Source: Deltaproteobacteria bacterium (GTDB lineage: Bacteria; Myxococcota_A; Polyangia; Fen-1088). Taken from it: a DNA stretch of 64,000 bases. This document shows positions 9,845 to 19,754 of the stretch, piece by piece (positions within the stretch are counted from its first letter, which is position 1; every line of letters starts with the position of its first letter). Below the pieces are notes generated by a model. It was not told where the DNA came from. It did no database searches and saw nothing but the letters and a program-made list of their open reading frames with translations. The stretch covers positions 321,646-385,645 of the forward strand of contig JANRKS010000005.1 of the NCBI GenBank assembly GCA_033763315.1, in the 5' to 3' direction. A program made the translations under genes and the position numbers.

Positions 9845-10596
9845 TGCAGATGCAGGCCTTGTTCGGGCAACAAAACTGCGGCAAAGGTTGAGCGTTCACC
9901 TTCGGCTCCCGCAGGCCACCACCACACAGCCAAAGCCGCGGCCACGGTGACGCTGCCGGCTGCCATCATCGCGTAACTGACGTTGGTGGCTGCTTGCCAA
10001 CCATCGATTGTGTCATCGGGGCACGGGCACTCGTTTTTGAGTTCGTTGAACCGAAGCCGCGCGCGTGTGTAAAGGCCTGCGCCTCCCAGAAAAACCACGG
10101 CCCCTGCTCCCGCCGCCCATAGCGGAATGTGAGAGCGCGGCTTTGGCGCACGAGGGTGCGCTGCCTCGGGTGCCGGTTCCGGCGCCATGGTTTGGCGCTC
10201 TTGCTCGACGCAAGCACGCATCGCCTTGATGTACGACTCCACTTCAGCACGTTCAGCCGCGCGTGGTTCGGCGGCCAGATACAATTCATAGTGGCGTAGC
10301 GCTGACGCGCAATGGGGAGGCACCCGCAAGCGATTGGCTTGGGCGATGTTGAGCAACAACGCGCCCGCAGGCTCAATGTCATAAGCGGCCTGGAAGGCCT
10401 TTATCGCGTCGTCGTACCGGCCTTGCCGGTAGTGTTCCGCGCCTTGCTCGAAATAAGAACGGGCTTTCGCGCGGCCCGCGGCGTCAACCTTGGTTTCGGC
10501 GTGGCAGGGTAGGCTGTGCGCAAGCCAACACGCCGCGATCGCCATCGCGACACAACGATGCCAGGGTGAAATCATCTCAGGGCGCCTAACGCGCAT
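9826..10596 (-). CDS. TPR-containing exported/membrane protein (myxobacterial type)
   Basis: Signal peptide, TPR segment ARSYFEQG..HYRQGRYDDAIKAFQAAY, C-terminal hydrophobic segments. Confidence 0.75.
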   Translation of the reverse strand: MRVRRPEMISPWHRCVAMAIAACWLAHSLPCHAETKVDAAGRAKARSYFEQGAEHYRQGRYDDAIKAFQAAYDIEPAGALLLNIAQANRLRVPPHCASALRHYELYLAAEPRAAERAEVESYIKAMRACVEQERQTMAPEPAPEAAHPRAPKPRSHIPLWAAGAGAVVFLGGAGLYTRARLRFNELKNECPCPDDTIDGWQAATNVSYAMMAAGSVTVAAALAVWWWPAGAEGERSTFAAVLLPEQGLHLQWRGHF

Positions 10597-12046
10597 AAGG
10601 GTCCTTTATACCGTTAAGCAATGGCCGCGGTGGACTGTGTTCCACAGGTTCGGCTTTCGGTGTGGCGGATCTTGGTTTCGGCCGCTGTGTCGCACGCTTG
10701 GTGCGCCTTGAAACGGGCTTCACAGGCGCGGGCGCTGCAGCGGGAGGCGTCGTTGCCGAAGGTTGAACGTCCACAGGCGCCGGGGGGATCACCCTTGCCG
10801 TCGGCGGAGGCATCGCCACGAGGGGATTCTCCTGCTTTGCCTTGGGCGTGCGTTGCACAAGCACCGTCGCCACAGTTGCGATCGCCAGCGCCGCCCCCGG
10901 CAGCCACAAAAGACGGCTTTGACGCTGCGAGCGCGCTGGTCTTGCCGGCTGCACGATGTTTTGCAAGGCCGTCAGCAGTGTGGCCATTGATGCAAATCGA
11001 TCTTGCGGCTGCAGCGCGAGTCCCTGCGCCAAGATTCGATAAAGGGCGCCTGGTACTTTGGTGTCCTTGGGCGCGGGTCTTAGTTGACCTGAGAGCACGG
11101 CACGCGCCAGCGCCGAGAGATCGCGCTCGCCATCGGAAGCAAAGGGCCTCTGCTTGTAAAGCGCGACATAAAGCGAAGCGCAAAAATTAAACTGATCCGT
11201 CGACTGATCGGCGCGTGCCCCGCGAAATTGTTCCGGCGCCATATACGCGGGTGTGCCGGCAAACGCGGCCGCCTCCGTCAGCGTCAATAAAAACGAACGC
11301 ACACCTGTGATGGAAGTTGTGGTGCCTGCCACGCCATCAGGGTGATCGCTGTCCCCCGCGTGGGCCGCGCGCGCCAACCCAAAATCAGTGACGCGCGGCC
11401 GCCCGTCGGCGCCCACCAGAACGTTCTCGGCCTTGAAATCGCGGTGAACCAGCCCCGCCGCGTGCGCTGCCACCAACCCCTGGCCCGCGGCAATGAACTG
11501 GGCCACCACGTCTTGCCAAGCCGGTTTGTGCCGTGAAAGCCAGCGGGCCAAGGTCTGGCCTTCAATAAGCTCCATCGCGATGAACACGCCGTCTTTGAAC
11601 GTGCCGGCATCGTAAACAGCCACGACAGACGGGTGAGACAACTGTGCCATGGCACGTGCCTCGCGTAGCAACCGATGCGCGTCTGTCGCCGCCTGCGCGC
11701 CCGCACGATCGGGACGCACGATCTTCAATGCGACCCGGCGGCTCAGCTGTGGATCGAAAGCCTCATAAACCAGGCCTGCCCCTCCTGCGCCCAGCAGGCC
11801 ACCGATTTCATAACGGCCTACGGTGGCGCCATGCTCAAGCTTGATGGGCTCGCTGTCGTGGTCGTCGACGGTGGCGCCGATCTCTGGCTCGTCCAAACTG
11901 GGGGGCAACGCCTTGCGGGTTTGCGCCACCAACACGCGGCACCGACTGCATGTGCCCAGGTGATCGATGATGGCCGGTCGATCGGGACCCGCGGTGCCCC
12001 CGCCGACAAACAAGAGGATCTCGTCGTCATTGAGGCAGGGGCGCAT
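10586..12046 (-). CDS. Ser/Thr protein kinase with N-terminal zf-HC2-like motif and a TM segment
   Basis: HLGTCSRC; GAGGAGLVY, VALK, HRDFKAEN, DFG, GTPAYMAPE; start set at MRPCL. Confidence 0.93.
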   Translation of the reverse strand: MRPCLNDDEILLFVGGGTAGPDRPAIIDHLGTCSRCRVLVAQTRKALPPSLDEPEIGATVDDHDSEPIKLEHGATVGRYEIGGLLGAGGAGLVYEAFDPQLSRRVALKIVRPDRAGAQAATDAHRLLREARAMAQLSHPSVVAVYDAGTFKDGVFIAMELIEGQTLARWLSRHKPAWQDVVAQFIAAGQGLVAAHAAGLVHRDFKAENVLVGADGRPRVTDFGLARAAHAGDSDHPDGVAGTTTSITGVRSFLLTLTEAAAFAGTPAYMAPEQFRGARADQSTDQFNFCASLYVALYKQRPFASDGERDLSALARAVLSGQLRPAPKDTKVPGALYRILAQGLALQPQDRFASMATLLTALQNIVQPARPARSQRQSRLLWLPGAALAIATVATVLVQRTPKAKQENPLVAMPPPTARVIPPAPVDVQPSATTPPAAAPAPVKPVSRRTKRATQRPKPRSATPKAEPVEHSPPRPLLNGIKDPYAR

Positions 12047-12118
12047 GCCGTTCTCGTTCACACGTGAATTTTCCCAGTGTATCATGAGGTGTGAACGATT
12101 CCCAACGCCGGCCTTAGC

Positions 12119-13051
12119 ATGTCCGGAGCGTCGCATTTACCCGTTTTACCGCAAGGTTTCCTGCCGCAGGATGTTCTGGCGGCCTACCTGCAGGCGGGCG
12201 GCGCCGCGGGCTTGGACGCCACGCGGTTGAGCGAGCTTTTGGTTCAGCTGTTTGCCAAAGCAAGCCTGCGGCATTCCACCTTCGTGGTGACGCCAGTGAC
12301 GTTCGCAGCCGCTTTGGCGGAACGCACCGCCGGCGAACCCGATCCGTTGGTCACCCTGGCTTCTTTGCATGTGGAGGATCTGTATTTGGCGCAGGCCTGC
12401 GTCTTGGGTGACGCCGTGGCGTTGCGCTGCCTCAATGAAGAATTCCTTCTGCCTTTAGGCCAGCAGGTGCGCCGCGGACCGTTTGCGAACCATGCCGATG
12501 AAGCGCAACAGATGCTGCGCGTGCGCCTGCTGGTGGGGCATGACGGTGAGCCGGCGCGCTTGTTCGGTTATCGTGGCACGGGACCCCTGGCAGCGTGGCT
12601 GCGCCTCACTCTAACGCGACTGGTGCTGAACCTTCACAACGCAGCCGCGCGCGAAACAAGCTTGGATGATCACCTCATCTCCGTCAGTGCGGGGCAAGGC
12701 GATCCAGAACTTTCATACCTTCGGGATCACTACCGCGATGTGGTGTTGCAAGCTATGCGTGAATCGATTGAGGTGCTATCCAGTGAAGAGCGCGCAATTT
12801 TGCGCATGCATTTCATCGATGACTTGTCAGCGGCCGACATCGGCTCATTGTTTCAAGTTTCGGGCCGCACGATCCAGCGGCGCATTGCGGACACGCGCCG
12901 CCAGATTGTCGAGCGCGTCAAGGAAATCATCGGCCGCCACGTGGGGTTGAATGGGAGCCAGCTGGAAACCATCATGCGCCTGGTGCAAAGCGATTGGAAC
13001 CTTTCGCTGCACCGTCTGCTCGCTGCGCCCACGGAGCCGTCTGGAAAATAG
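12119..13051 (+). CDS. Myxococcales-type sigma-70/ECF-like transcriptional regulator
   Basis: LHVEDLYLAQAC..GD..A, YRGTGPLAAWLR, DPELSYLR, C-terminal sigma4 HTH; divergent from the kinase. Confidence 0.78.
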   Translation: MSGASHLPVLPQGFLPQDVLAAYLQAGGAAGLDATRLSELLVQLFAKASLRHSTFVVTPVTFAAALAERTAGEPDPLVTLASLHVEDLYLAQACVLGDAVALRCLNEEFLLPLGQQVRRGPFANHADEAQQMLRVRLLVGHDGEPARLFGYRGTGPLAAWLRLTLTRLVLNLHNAAARETSLDDHLISVSAGQGDPELSYLRDHYRDVVLQAMRESIEVLSSEERAILRMHFIDDLSAADIGSLFQVSGRTIQRRIADTRRQIVERVKEIIGRHVGLNGSQLETIMRLVQSDWNLSLHRLLAAPTEPSGK

Positions 13052-13118
13052 AAAGCTTTGTCCGCTTTCGGCGCCTGCGGCATAGCCCCGTCACAAGCAA
13101 GCTTTTCCTCGACTACAC

Positions 13119-13706
13119 GTGACAGACAAAGACGTCCCCACGTCCGCGACGCTTTTGGCTCAATTTAGGGCCGGGGAACGCGCGGCCTTTTTACAGGTAT
13201 ATGAACTGTTTGCCGACAAAGTGGGCGGGGTGGCGCGTCGGTATTTCAATACGGCCTTTGATCAGGAGGAGGCCATACAGGAGATTTGGCTCATGGTGCA
13301 CTGTCAGTGCGCGCAATTTGATGGCAGCAAAGGTGATCTGGGAGGCTGGCTGTGGACCGTGGCGACCAACCGTTGCAAGGAGCTGTGGCGCAGCCGTTCA
13401 CGTCGCCCAGAGGTTCTGCCCGCTGATGCAGCAGATGATTCACCCACGCTATCTTTTGATCCGCCCGAGCTGCATGTGCAGACGCAGCGCTTGGCGGCTG
13501 CCATGGCTGCTTTCGCCGCTCGCCTTGACGCCACCGAGGCGCGTGTGTTTCAGCTTTCGTGCCTGGAAGAGCGCACGCACGATGAGGTGGCTGCCTTGAC
13601 CGGCATGACAGCGAGGCAGTGCAAATACCTGCGTATGAAGCTTCTGGCACGCGCCGCCGCCGACGCCGAGCTTGCGAAAGCCGTGCAAGAGGTGACGCAC
13701 CCATGA
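13119..13706 (+). CDS. ECF sigma factor (sigma-70 family)
   Basis: Region 2 (DQEEAIQEIW..GWLWTVATNRC) and region 4 (ERTHDEVAALTG). Confidence 0.85.
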   Translation: MTDKDVPTSATLLAQFRAGERAAFLQVYELFADKVGGVARRYFNTAFDQEEAIQEIWLMVHCQCAQFDGSKGDLGGWLWTVATNRCKELWRSRSRRPEVLPADAADDSPTLSFDPPELHVQTQRLAAAMAAFAARLDATEARVFQLSCLEERTHDEVAALTGMTARQCKYLRMKLLARAAADAELAKAVQEVTHP

Positions 13707-14473
13707 GCTTATGGCGGTACCGCCACAGAATCGCGCGCGCGGTGGCCGGCGATCTGCCGGCGAAGGCGGAGCTGAAGCTGCGCGCACACTTGCGATCTTG
13801 CGAGGCCTGCCGGGCGCACTACAACGTGCTTTCGCAAATGGCGAGCGTCAGCGATCCCGCCACAGCGAAGCAACGCCAACGCGCTCGGCTTGAAGCTTTG
13901 TTGCCTGCGCCGGTGGCAACGCCCGTGCGAGCCACGCGCCGGTGGGTTTGGGCGCTGCCCGTGCTAGTGCCTGCGATGGTGGCACTTGTGTGGATGCGAT
14001 CGCACCCGCCCACTCTTGAAGAAGTGCAATGGCGTGGTGGTGCGGAGCCCGCGGCGTGGCCGCTGTCGCTTGTGATGTACGAGTTTGCGCATGGCCCGCA
14101 GGGGCCCGCGGTTGTTTTGGGCGAGCTGCCATTTTCGCGCGGCGTACGTGTGGCGCGTGAGGCTTTGGTGCAATTCGCTTACGCCAAGCTGCAAAAGCCC
14201 ACGTTCTTGTTCTTGGTGGGGCAACAAGAAGGCAAAGCGGTGGTGCTTTTCCCGCGGCGTCCACAAGACGAGGGGCAGCTTGTGCCAGAGCCACGCGCGA
14301 AAGCTTTGGGCACGTCGTTGAACCTGCATGCCGCCTTCAACCCAGGCTTGCTGCGGCTAAGCGTGGTGCTTTCCGCACAGCGGCTCACGGCGGACCAAGC
14401 CACGGCAGCCGTCACTTCGGGCAAGCTCACTGGCTTACAAGTCTTTGGCGAAACGGTTAGGCTGCTCCCCTAA
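13703..14473 (+). CDS. Putative zf-HC2 anti-sigma factor (ZAS, TM helix, extracytoplasmic domain)
   Basis: HLRSCEAC motif and a TM helix; ATGA overlap with the ECF gene gives the start at 13703. Confidence 0.75.
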   Translation: MSLWRYRHRIARAVAGDLPAKAELKLRAHLRSCEACRAHYNVLSQMASVSDPATAKQRQRARLEALLPAPVATPVRATRRWVWALPVLVPAMVALVWMRSHPPTLEEVQWRGGAEPAAWPLSLVMYEFAHGPQGPAVVLGELPFSRGVRVAREALVQFAYAKLQKPTFLFLVGQQEGKAVVLFPRRPQDEGQLVPEPRAKALGTSLNLHAAFNPGLLRLSVVLSAQRLTADQATAAVTSGKLTGLQVFGETVRLLP

Positions 14474-14478
14474 GCGAC

Positions 14479-16206
14479 ATGTTCAAGTTGGTGCGGCTCG
14501 CTCTGCTTCTCACCCTGGTGATTCCACCACTGCAGGCGCACGCCCAGGGGGGGCGGGAGCGTGAGTTCGGGCAAACGCTCGTTTTAATCGTGGGCTGGAA
14601 CGGCGGCGGCTTTGGGCTTCCGCCGCTGCGCTATGCCGACGACGACGCACTTCGCTTTGCTGCCACTTTGGGGGCCGATTCTTCAGGCCTCTTACGACCC
14701 AAGATGGTGGTGCTCACGCAGCTTGACGCGGAGACAGCTGCGCATGCGCCGAATGCGAATGTTGTTTCGGGGCCGCCGACGCGCGTGCGGTTGCGCGCCG
14801 CGATCGATGATTTCGTGCGTGACTTGGCCGCATCGAAGAAGCGGCACCGCGTGTTTGTGATCTACGCCGGCCACGGCCTCACCAATCGGCTGTTGCTTGC
14901 CCCTTCGGATGGCCAAGACGAAACTTTCTCTGGATACGAATTGCGTTCAGCGGTGACCCAGCTTGCACAGGCCAACGCGCACGCTGAGATCTTCGTGTTC
15001 ATCGACGCTTGCCGCTCGCAGAGCCTGTTTACAACACGCGGCGGATTGGACGGGCCCGATTTGAGCGCCGTCATAGACAACCTTGAACAACAACCGTTGG
15101 GCACGCAGGTGGGTGTGTTGACGGCGGCCACCAGCGCCAAGCCCGCAGGTGAACTGCACAGACTTGAATCAGGTTACTTCAGCCACGTCTTGCTCTCGGG
15201 CATTGTAGGCGCGGCGGATGCCGATGAGGACGAGCACGTCTCATTCGGGGAATTGGCAGCGTTTGTGAGCTTTCACACGCAGGCGATGATGGGGCAACGA
15301 CCCTGGTTTAGCCCGCCGCATGGCGATCTAGGCAGCGTTCTGTTTGATCACAGCCGCGACAATCATCGCCTGGTGTTCCCGCGCGGCATGGATGGACACT
15401 TCGAGGTGCGGGCCGCGCAAGGTCGACCGCTGTTTGCTGAGCTGTTCAAAGACAAGAACCAGCGCATAACGCTGTCGTTGCCGCAAGGCCAGTATCAAGT
15501 GCTGCAGACTTCACCAGCGCAAGGCACACGGCAGGCGGCTGTGGAATTGGCCGCGCGGGGCAGCGTGGATGTGCAAACATCGGCTTGGCAAGTGGCAGGC
15601 GAAGCTTCGCGTGGTGAACAGGATGGCGTTGACGCGGACACTTTGGGCTTTCGCGCGCCATTTTCCAGCGACGTGGTCGCCACGCTCAGAAGCGGTTACG
15701 ACAGTGGCCGCATGTCGGCGGTGAGCCCATCGGTCGAAGCGCGGGATGCGTTTGCCCTCGGCGCGGCCGCTGGCAGCATGCCCTTGTCCCTGGGCGGCGT
15801 AAGCTATGGCGTTGCTCTTGCGTATAGGCACTTGTTTTCGCATTGGTTCGTGGGTGTTGGTGGTTCGTTTCTGCGCGCATCACACGACTTGCCAGATGAG
15901 TCTTACACGCTGGTACAGCTCCCAGTGCAAGCGCAACTCGGTGCTTGGCATGCCTTTACGCCGGCATGGTGGGCGTCCACGTGGTTAAGTGGGGGCTCAA
16001 ACAGCTTGTGGCGCATAGGATCAGAAACGACAGGCGATCGCTTGTTGCCACGCGTTGGCGCTGGTGTGTCAGTTTATCGACGGCTACAAGGGGCGTGGTT
16101 CTTGGGCGTGTCGCCGGCGCTGCACAGTCAATGGATTGCCGTTGATGGACGAGCGCAGGCAGATAAGGGAATGACGATCAATTTTGAGGTGAGCTATGTG
16201 CGTTGA
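14479..16206 (+). CDS. Exported caspase-family (peptidase C14) protein with C-terminal beta-barrel-like region
   Basis: Signal peptide; LRYADDDA, YAGHG (catalytic His) and DACRS (catalytic Cys); amphipathic beta-strands ending FEVSYVR. Confidence 0.85.
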   Translation: MFKLVRLALLLTLVIPPLQAHAQGGREREFGQTLVLIVGWNGGGFGLPPLRYADDDALRFAATLGADSSGLLRPKMVVLTQLDAETAAHAPNANVVSGPPTRVRLRAAIDDFVRDLAASKKRHRVFVIYAGHGLTNRLLLAPSDGQDETFSGYELRSAVTQLAQANAHAEIFVFIDACRSQSLFTTRGGLDGPDLSAVIDNLEQQPLGTQVGVLTAATSAKPAGELHRLESGYFSHVLLSGIVGAADADEDEHVSFGELAAFVSFHTQAMMGQRPWFSPPHGDLGSVLFDHSRDNHRLVFPRGMDGHFEVRAAQGRPLFAELFKDKNQRITLSLPQGQYQVLQTSPAQGTRQAAVELAARGSVDVQTSAWQVAGEASRGEQDGVDADTLGFRAPFSSDVVATLRSGYDSGRMSAVSPSVEARDAFALGAAAGSMPLSLGGVSYGVALAYRHLFSHWFVGVGGSFLRASHDLPDESYTLVQLPVQAQLGAWHAFTPAWWASTWLSGGSNSLWRIGSETTGDRLLPRVGAGVSVYRRLQGAWFLGVSPALHSQWIAVDGRAQADKGMTINFEVSYVR

Positions 16207-16252
16207 GCGCAACCGGTTTGTCTGGTGCCAATGGATCTCGCATAGAGGATGC

Positions 16253-16774
16253 ATGCGCCGTTTTTTTACGTTGGCTTTGACGCTTATCAGCGCGTGCAGC
16301 GTGCCGCCCCTGACCACTGAAGATCTCACAGGTGGCAAACGTGACGCTTCGAGCGTCGTGGCTGATGCGGCGCCTGCGAAGGTTGATGGCCCGTCTGACG
16401 CTGGCGTGGCGCCTGACGCATCCGAGCCGCGGCTGGATACCGCCCCTATGCTTGATGGCGTTCTCAGCGGCATTGTGGTGGATGCCTGCACCGGCAAGGC
16501 GATCAATGCTTTGGTAGGCATCGCCGGTAAGCACTTATGTTCCTTTGCCGGCAAGGGAGGCTTCTATTTCACAGGCTTGCCCACGGGCATTGAACTCGAG
16601 TTGGCCAGCGCCGCTCCTGGTTACCAGGCATTTGGAAAAGCTGTGGTTATTTCGGCCGCCGGCACCACCGTTAAGATCGTTTTGGATCGTGTCGACGCGA
16701 GCTCGGAGGCGCCGTGCGGTGTGCCCGAACCACCGGAGCCGATGTGTTCGTGTCTGCAGCCGGGCTGCATCTGA
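16253..16774 (+). CDS. Lipoprotein with carboxypeptidase-regulatory-like (Ig-fold) domain
   Basis: Lipobox ISAC; LSGIVVDACTGKAI...APGY pattern. Confidence 0.6.
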   Translation: MRRFFTLALTLISACSVPPLTTEDLTGGKRDASSVVADAAPAKVDGPSDAGVAPDASEPRLDTAPMLDGVLSGIVVDACTGKAINALVGIAGKHLCSFAGKGGFYFTGLPTGIELELASAAPGYQAFGKAVVISAAGTTVKIVLDRVDASSEAPCGVPEPPEPMCSCLQPGCI

Positions 16775-16848
16775 GGTGGGCCTTCGTGTTGAAAAGGCTG
16801 AAGCAACAGCCTTTTGTCCGGAAACGAAGCGATGAACATAGAACAGGT

Positions 16849-17955
16849 ATGCTCCAATCTCTTGCGCATGCTTTTCTGGGTTTGTGTCTAGCTTTTGGCG
16901 TCGCGGCCTGCGAAGCCGGATCGGGTGCTGACACGGATGCCACACCGCCAGACGCCGCCGCAGACACTGTGTTGCCGACTGCTGTTTCCCTCGGCAACGT
17001 ACTTCTGCTGGCCGCCGCTTCTCACGCCGGGTGGGCGGTGCTGGCGCATGCCCCGATGAACACCTCGGAGGCACCCGGCCAGCTGGTTTGGCTAAACAAC
17101 GCGGGTAAGGCAGTCGGGGCACCACAAGCTTTGGCCGGGCGACCAACGACCTTGGCCACAGATGGCGAGCAGGCCATTGCTTGTTGGGATCGCGGCGGCG
17201 CAGTCACGTGCCAATGCCACGCGCGCGGCGGACAGGCGTCGCGTCTCACGTTTGAGGTCGCAGGGTCAAAGCCCTCGCTGGTTTTCGGCAACGAGACTTA
17301 CCTGCTGGTTTATGTGGGGATCGACAAGCAGGTGCGTCTGCAACGGGTTGCTGCTGCGTGCGAACCCGTGGGAGAGACCGCGGTCTTGCATCAGGCGTTT
17401 CTTGAACAATACGGATATCAAATTCCCGTAATCTCGACCATGGGAGGATGGCTGGTGGCGGCGGGCGATCCCGTGCACTTGCACCGCTTAGGGCCGGATT
17501 TCACAGCCCTCCAAGCGCCCGTCGATCTGAAGATGCCCCCTTGGTTCTATGGCAGCCTCGCCGCAGTTGATGATGACTTCATGGTGTACCTGGCGAAGCC
17601 GTACGGCGGACAAATATTCCTGGTCCAAGGTGCGAAGGTCACCGAAGGATCCGAAATAACGGCGGGAGGTAAGCAGGGGGCCGACGTTTTGTTGGCCACC
17701 GAGGGACGCCACGCTTTGGCTGTGTGGAACAGCGGAGGCTCACTTCAACAACACGAAATGGGCGCCGTTGCGGCCACGATGTTTGCCGCTGGGGACGCCA
17801 CCACACCGAAGCCGCTGGGAATGCAGATGGAGGACTGGTCGCGTTACGCTCTTGTGAAGATAGGTGACCAGCAAAGACTGGCGGCCAGAGTGGAGGGCGA
17901 ACTGAAACTGTTCAACTTGCACGGCTTCGAGCCGTCGCACTTAGGTGAGCGCTAA
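16849..17955 (+). CDS. Hypothetical lipoprotein
   Basis: Long ORF with lipobox VAAC; start set at MLQSLAH. Confidence 0.6.
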   Translation: MLQSLAHAFLGLCLAFGVAACEAGSGADTDATPPDAAADTVLPTAVSLGNVLLLAAASHAGWAVLAHAPMNTSEAPGQLVWLNNAGKAVGAPQALAGRPTTLATDGEQAIACWDRGGAVTCQCHARGGQASRLTFEVAGSKPSLVFGNETYLLVYVGIDKQVRLQRVAAACEPVGETAVLHQAFLEQYGYQIPVISTMGGWLVAAGDPVHLHRLGPDFTALQAPVDLKMPPWFYGSLAAVDDDFMVYLAKPYGGQIFLVQGAKVTEGSEITAGGKQGADVLLATEGRHALAVWNSGGSLQQHEMGAVAATMFAAGDATTPKPLGMQMEDWSRYALVKIGDQQRLAARVEGELKLFNLHGFEPSHLGER

Positions 17956-18935
17956 TCTGAATGCGTTGTCGTAGGTGATGCCTCGGCGAACCTATCAAGC
18001 GCCTCGAGCAGCGCCTTTCGTTTTGTGATGCTTGGCAAGTGCCCCGTGTCATCGATCGTGTAAAGGCGAGAGCCCACCCATGCGCGGGACAGGGACCAGG
18101 CGGTCTCAATGGGACAACTCAGGTCGTGGCGACCATGTATGAGCACGCCCGCAATGCCGAACAGCTGGTGGGCGTCGCGAACCAGCGCGCCTTCTTCAAG
18201 CCAAGCCCCATGTTGAATGTAATGGGTGCAGATCCGCACGAGAGCGATCATCGCGGCCTCGGGTAGATCGCTATACACGTTGTAATGGGAGTTCGGTTCA
18301 AGCGAAAGCACCGCGTCCTCCCAGGCGCACCATGCACGCGCGGCAGCCAGGCGCACCGCCTCAGTGGGGCTCTGCAACCTGCGGGCATACGCGGCGACGA
18401 GATCTTGGTCGACGTTTACTTCGCTCACGTGGTCGCGAAACCTCTGCCACGCCTCGGGAAACAAACGCGCGACGCCACCGCCATACAGCCACGCAGCTTC
18501 GCTTCGACGCGAGGTCGTCACATCGGTGAGCACCATCTGAGTAACACGGCTAGGGTGGCGCTGCGCGTATGCGAGCGCCAGGGTTACGCCCCACGAACCT
18601 CCGACCACCAACCAGCGCTCGATGCCCAGATACAAACGCAAGGCCTCCATGTCCTGTACCAAGTGCGATGTGGTGTTTGCGGCCATATCGGTGGTGGGAT
18701 CGCTTGCGTGCGGCGTCGAGCGGCCGCACCCACGCTGATCAAACAGCACAATTCGATACCGCGCAGGATTGAATGCCTGACGCATCCGCGGCGCACAACC
18801 TTGCCCCGGACCGCCGTGCAAAAGGACGGCTGGCTTGCCATGCGGGTTGCCGCTCACTTCCCACGCAATGCGATTTCCTTCGCCCACGCTTAACATGCCA
18901 TGGTCGTAGGGCTCAATCGGCGGGTAAAGATCCAT
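17952..18935 (-). CDS. pip: Proline iminopeptidase (prolyl aminopeptidase, S33)
   Basis: LYPPIEPY, HGGPG, DQRGCGRSTP, GGSWG nucleophile, GRHD, TGH. Confidence 0.93.
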   Translation of the reverse strand: MDLYPPIEPYDHGMLSVGEGNRIAWEVSGNPHGKPAVLLHGGPGQGCAPRMRQAFNPARYRIVLFDQRGCGRSTPHASDPTTDMAANTTSHLVQDMEALRLYLGIERWLVVGGSWGVTLALAYAQRHPSRVTQMVLTDVTTSRRSEAAWLYGGGVARLFPEAWQRFRDHVSEVNVDQDLVAAYARRLQSPTEAVRLAAARAWCAWEDAVLSLEPNSHYNVYSDLPEAAMIALVRICTHYIQHGAWLEEGALVRDAHQLFGIAGVLIHGRHDLSCPIETAWSLSRAWVGSRLYTIDDTGHLPSITKRKALLEALDRFAEASPTTTHSD

Positions 18936-19073
18936 CAGGTCAACTCAGGTGGTGGGACCTTCACACATAGGCATCAAGCCCGCAAGAGAACCGCAAAAAG
19001 ACACCAGGGCCTGAACGCAGGTGCTTGGTGGTTTGGGGTATCCTGGTCGTGAGACTGCGGAGGGGGTGCCGCG

Positions 19074-19673
19074 ATGAAACCAACGAAGCCGGCACAAGAA
19101 ATCACGAAGCTTGAGGTTAAATCTCGAAAAGAACTGCGGCGTTGGCTGCAGAAAAACCACGCACAATCCAGAGGCTGTTGGGTGATCACGTTCAAAAAGC
19201 ATGTGGGCAAATGGCAAACCACCGCTGAAGAAGTGGGTGAGGAGGCCCTTTGTTTCGGGTGGGTAGATAGCAAAGTGGGTAAGGTGGATGCCGATCGGTC
19301 GATGCTGTTGATCACGCCTCGAAAGCCAAACAGCCGGTGGTCCCGCACCAATAAGCAGCGCATCGCAAAACTTGAGCAGGCGGGCTTGCTAGAGCCCGCG
19401 GGCGCGGCAATGGTGGCGCTGGCCAAATCATCCGGAACATGGAGCGCGCTTGATGCCGTTGAGGATCTGGTGTTGCCGCCAGATCTCAAAGCGCGCTTCA
19501 AGCTGGAAGCCAAGGTGGCGCTGCAAAACTTTGATGCTTTCCCACGCTCCGTCAAACGCGGAATCTTGGAATGGATTCTCACCGCCAAGAAACCTCAAAC
19601 GCGGGCCGACCGCATCGAACAAACGGTTACCATGGCGGCGCGAAACGAACGCGCCAACCAGTGGCGGCCGTAG
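19074..19673 (+). CDS. YdeI/OmpD-associated family protein
   Basis: LRRWLQKNH, EALCFGWVDS, TPRKPNSRWSRTNK, WILTAKKPQTR. Confidence 0.9.
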   Translation: MKPTKPAQEITKLEVKSRKELRRWLQKNHAQSRGCWVITFKKHVGKWQTTAEEVGEEALCFGWVDSKVGKVDADRSMLLITPRKPNSRWSRTNKQRIAKLEQAGLLEPAGAAMVALAKSSGTWSALDAVEDLVLPPDLKARFKLEAKVALQNFDAFPRSVKRGILEWILTAKKPQTRADRIEQTVTMAARNERANQWRP

Positions 19674-19754
19674 GGGATTTGTGGATTGCTTCGTAGCACG
19701 TGTGGTGGGCCAAGCGGGTGGTAGTGGCGCCGCGTTGCTCTCCCCGCTGAGCGC

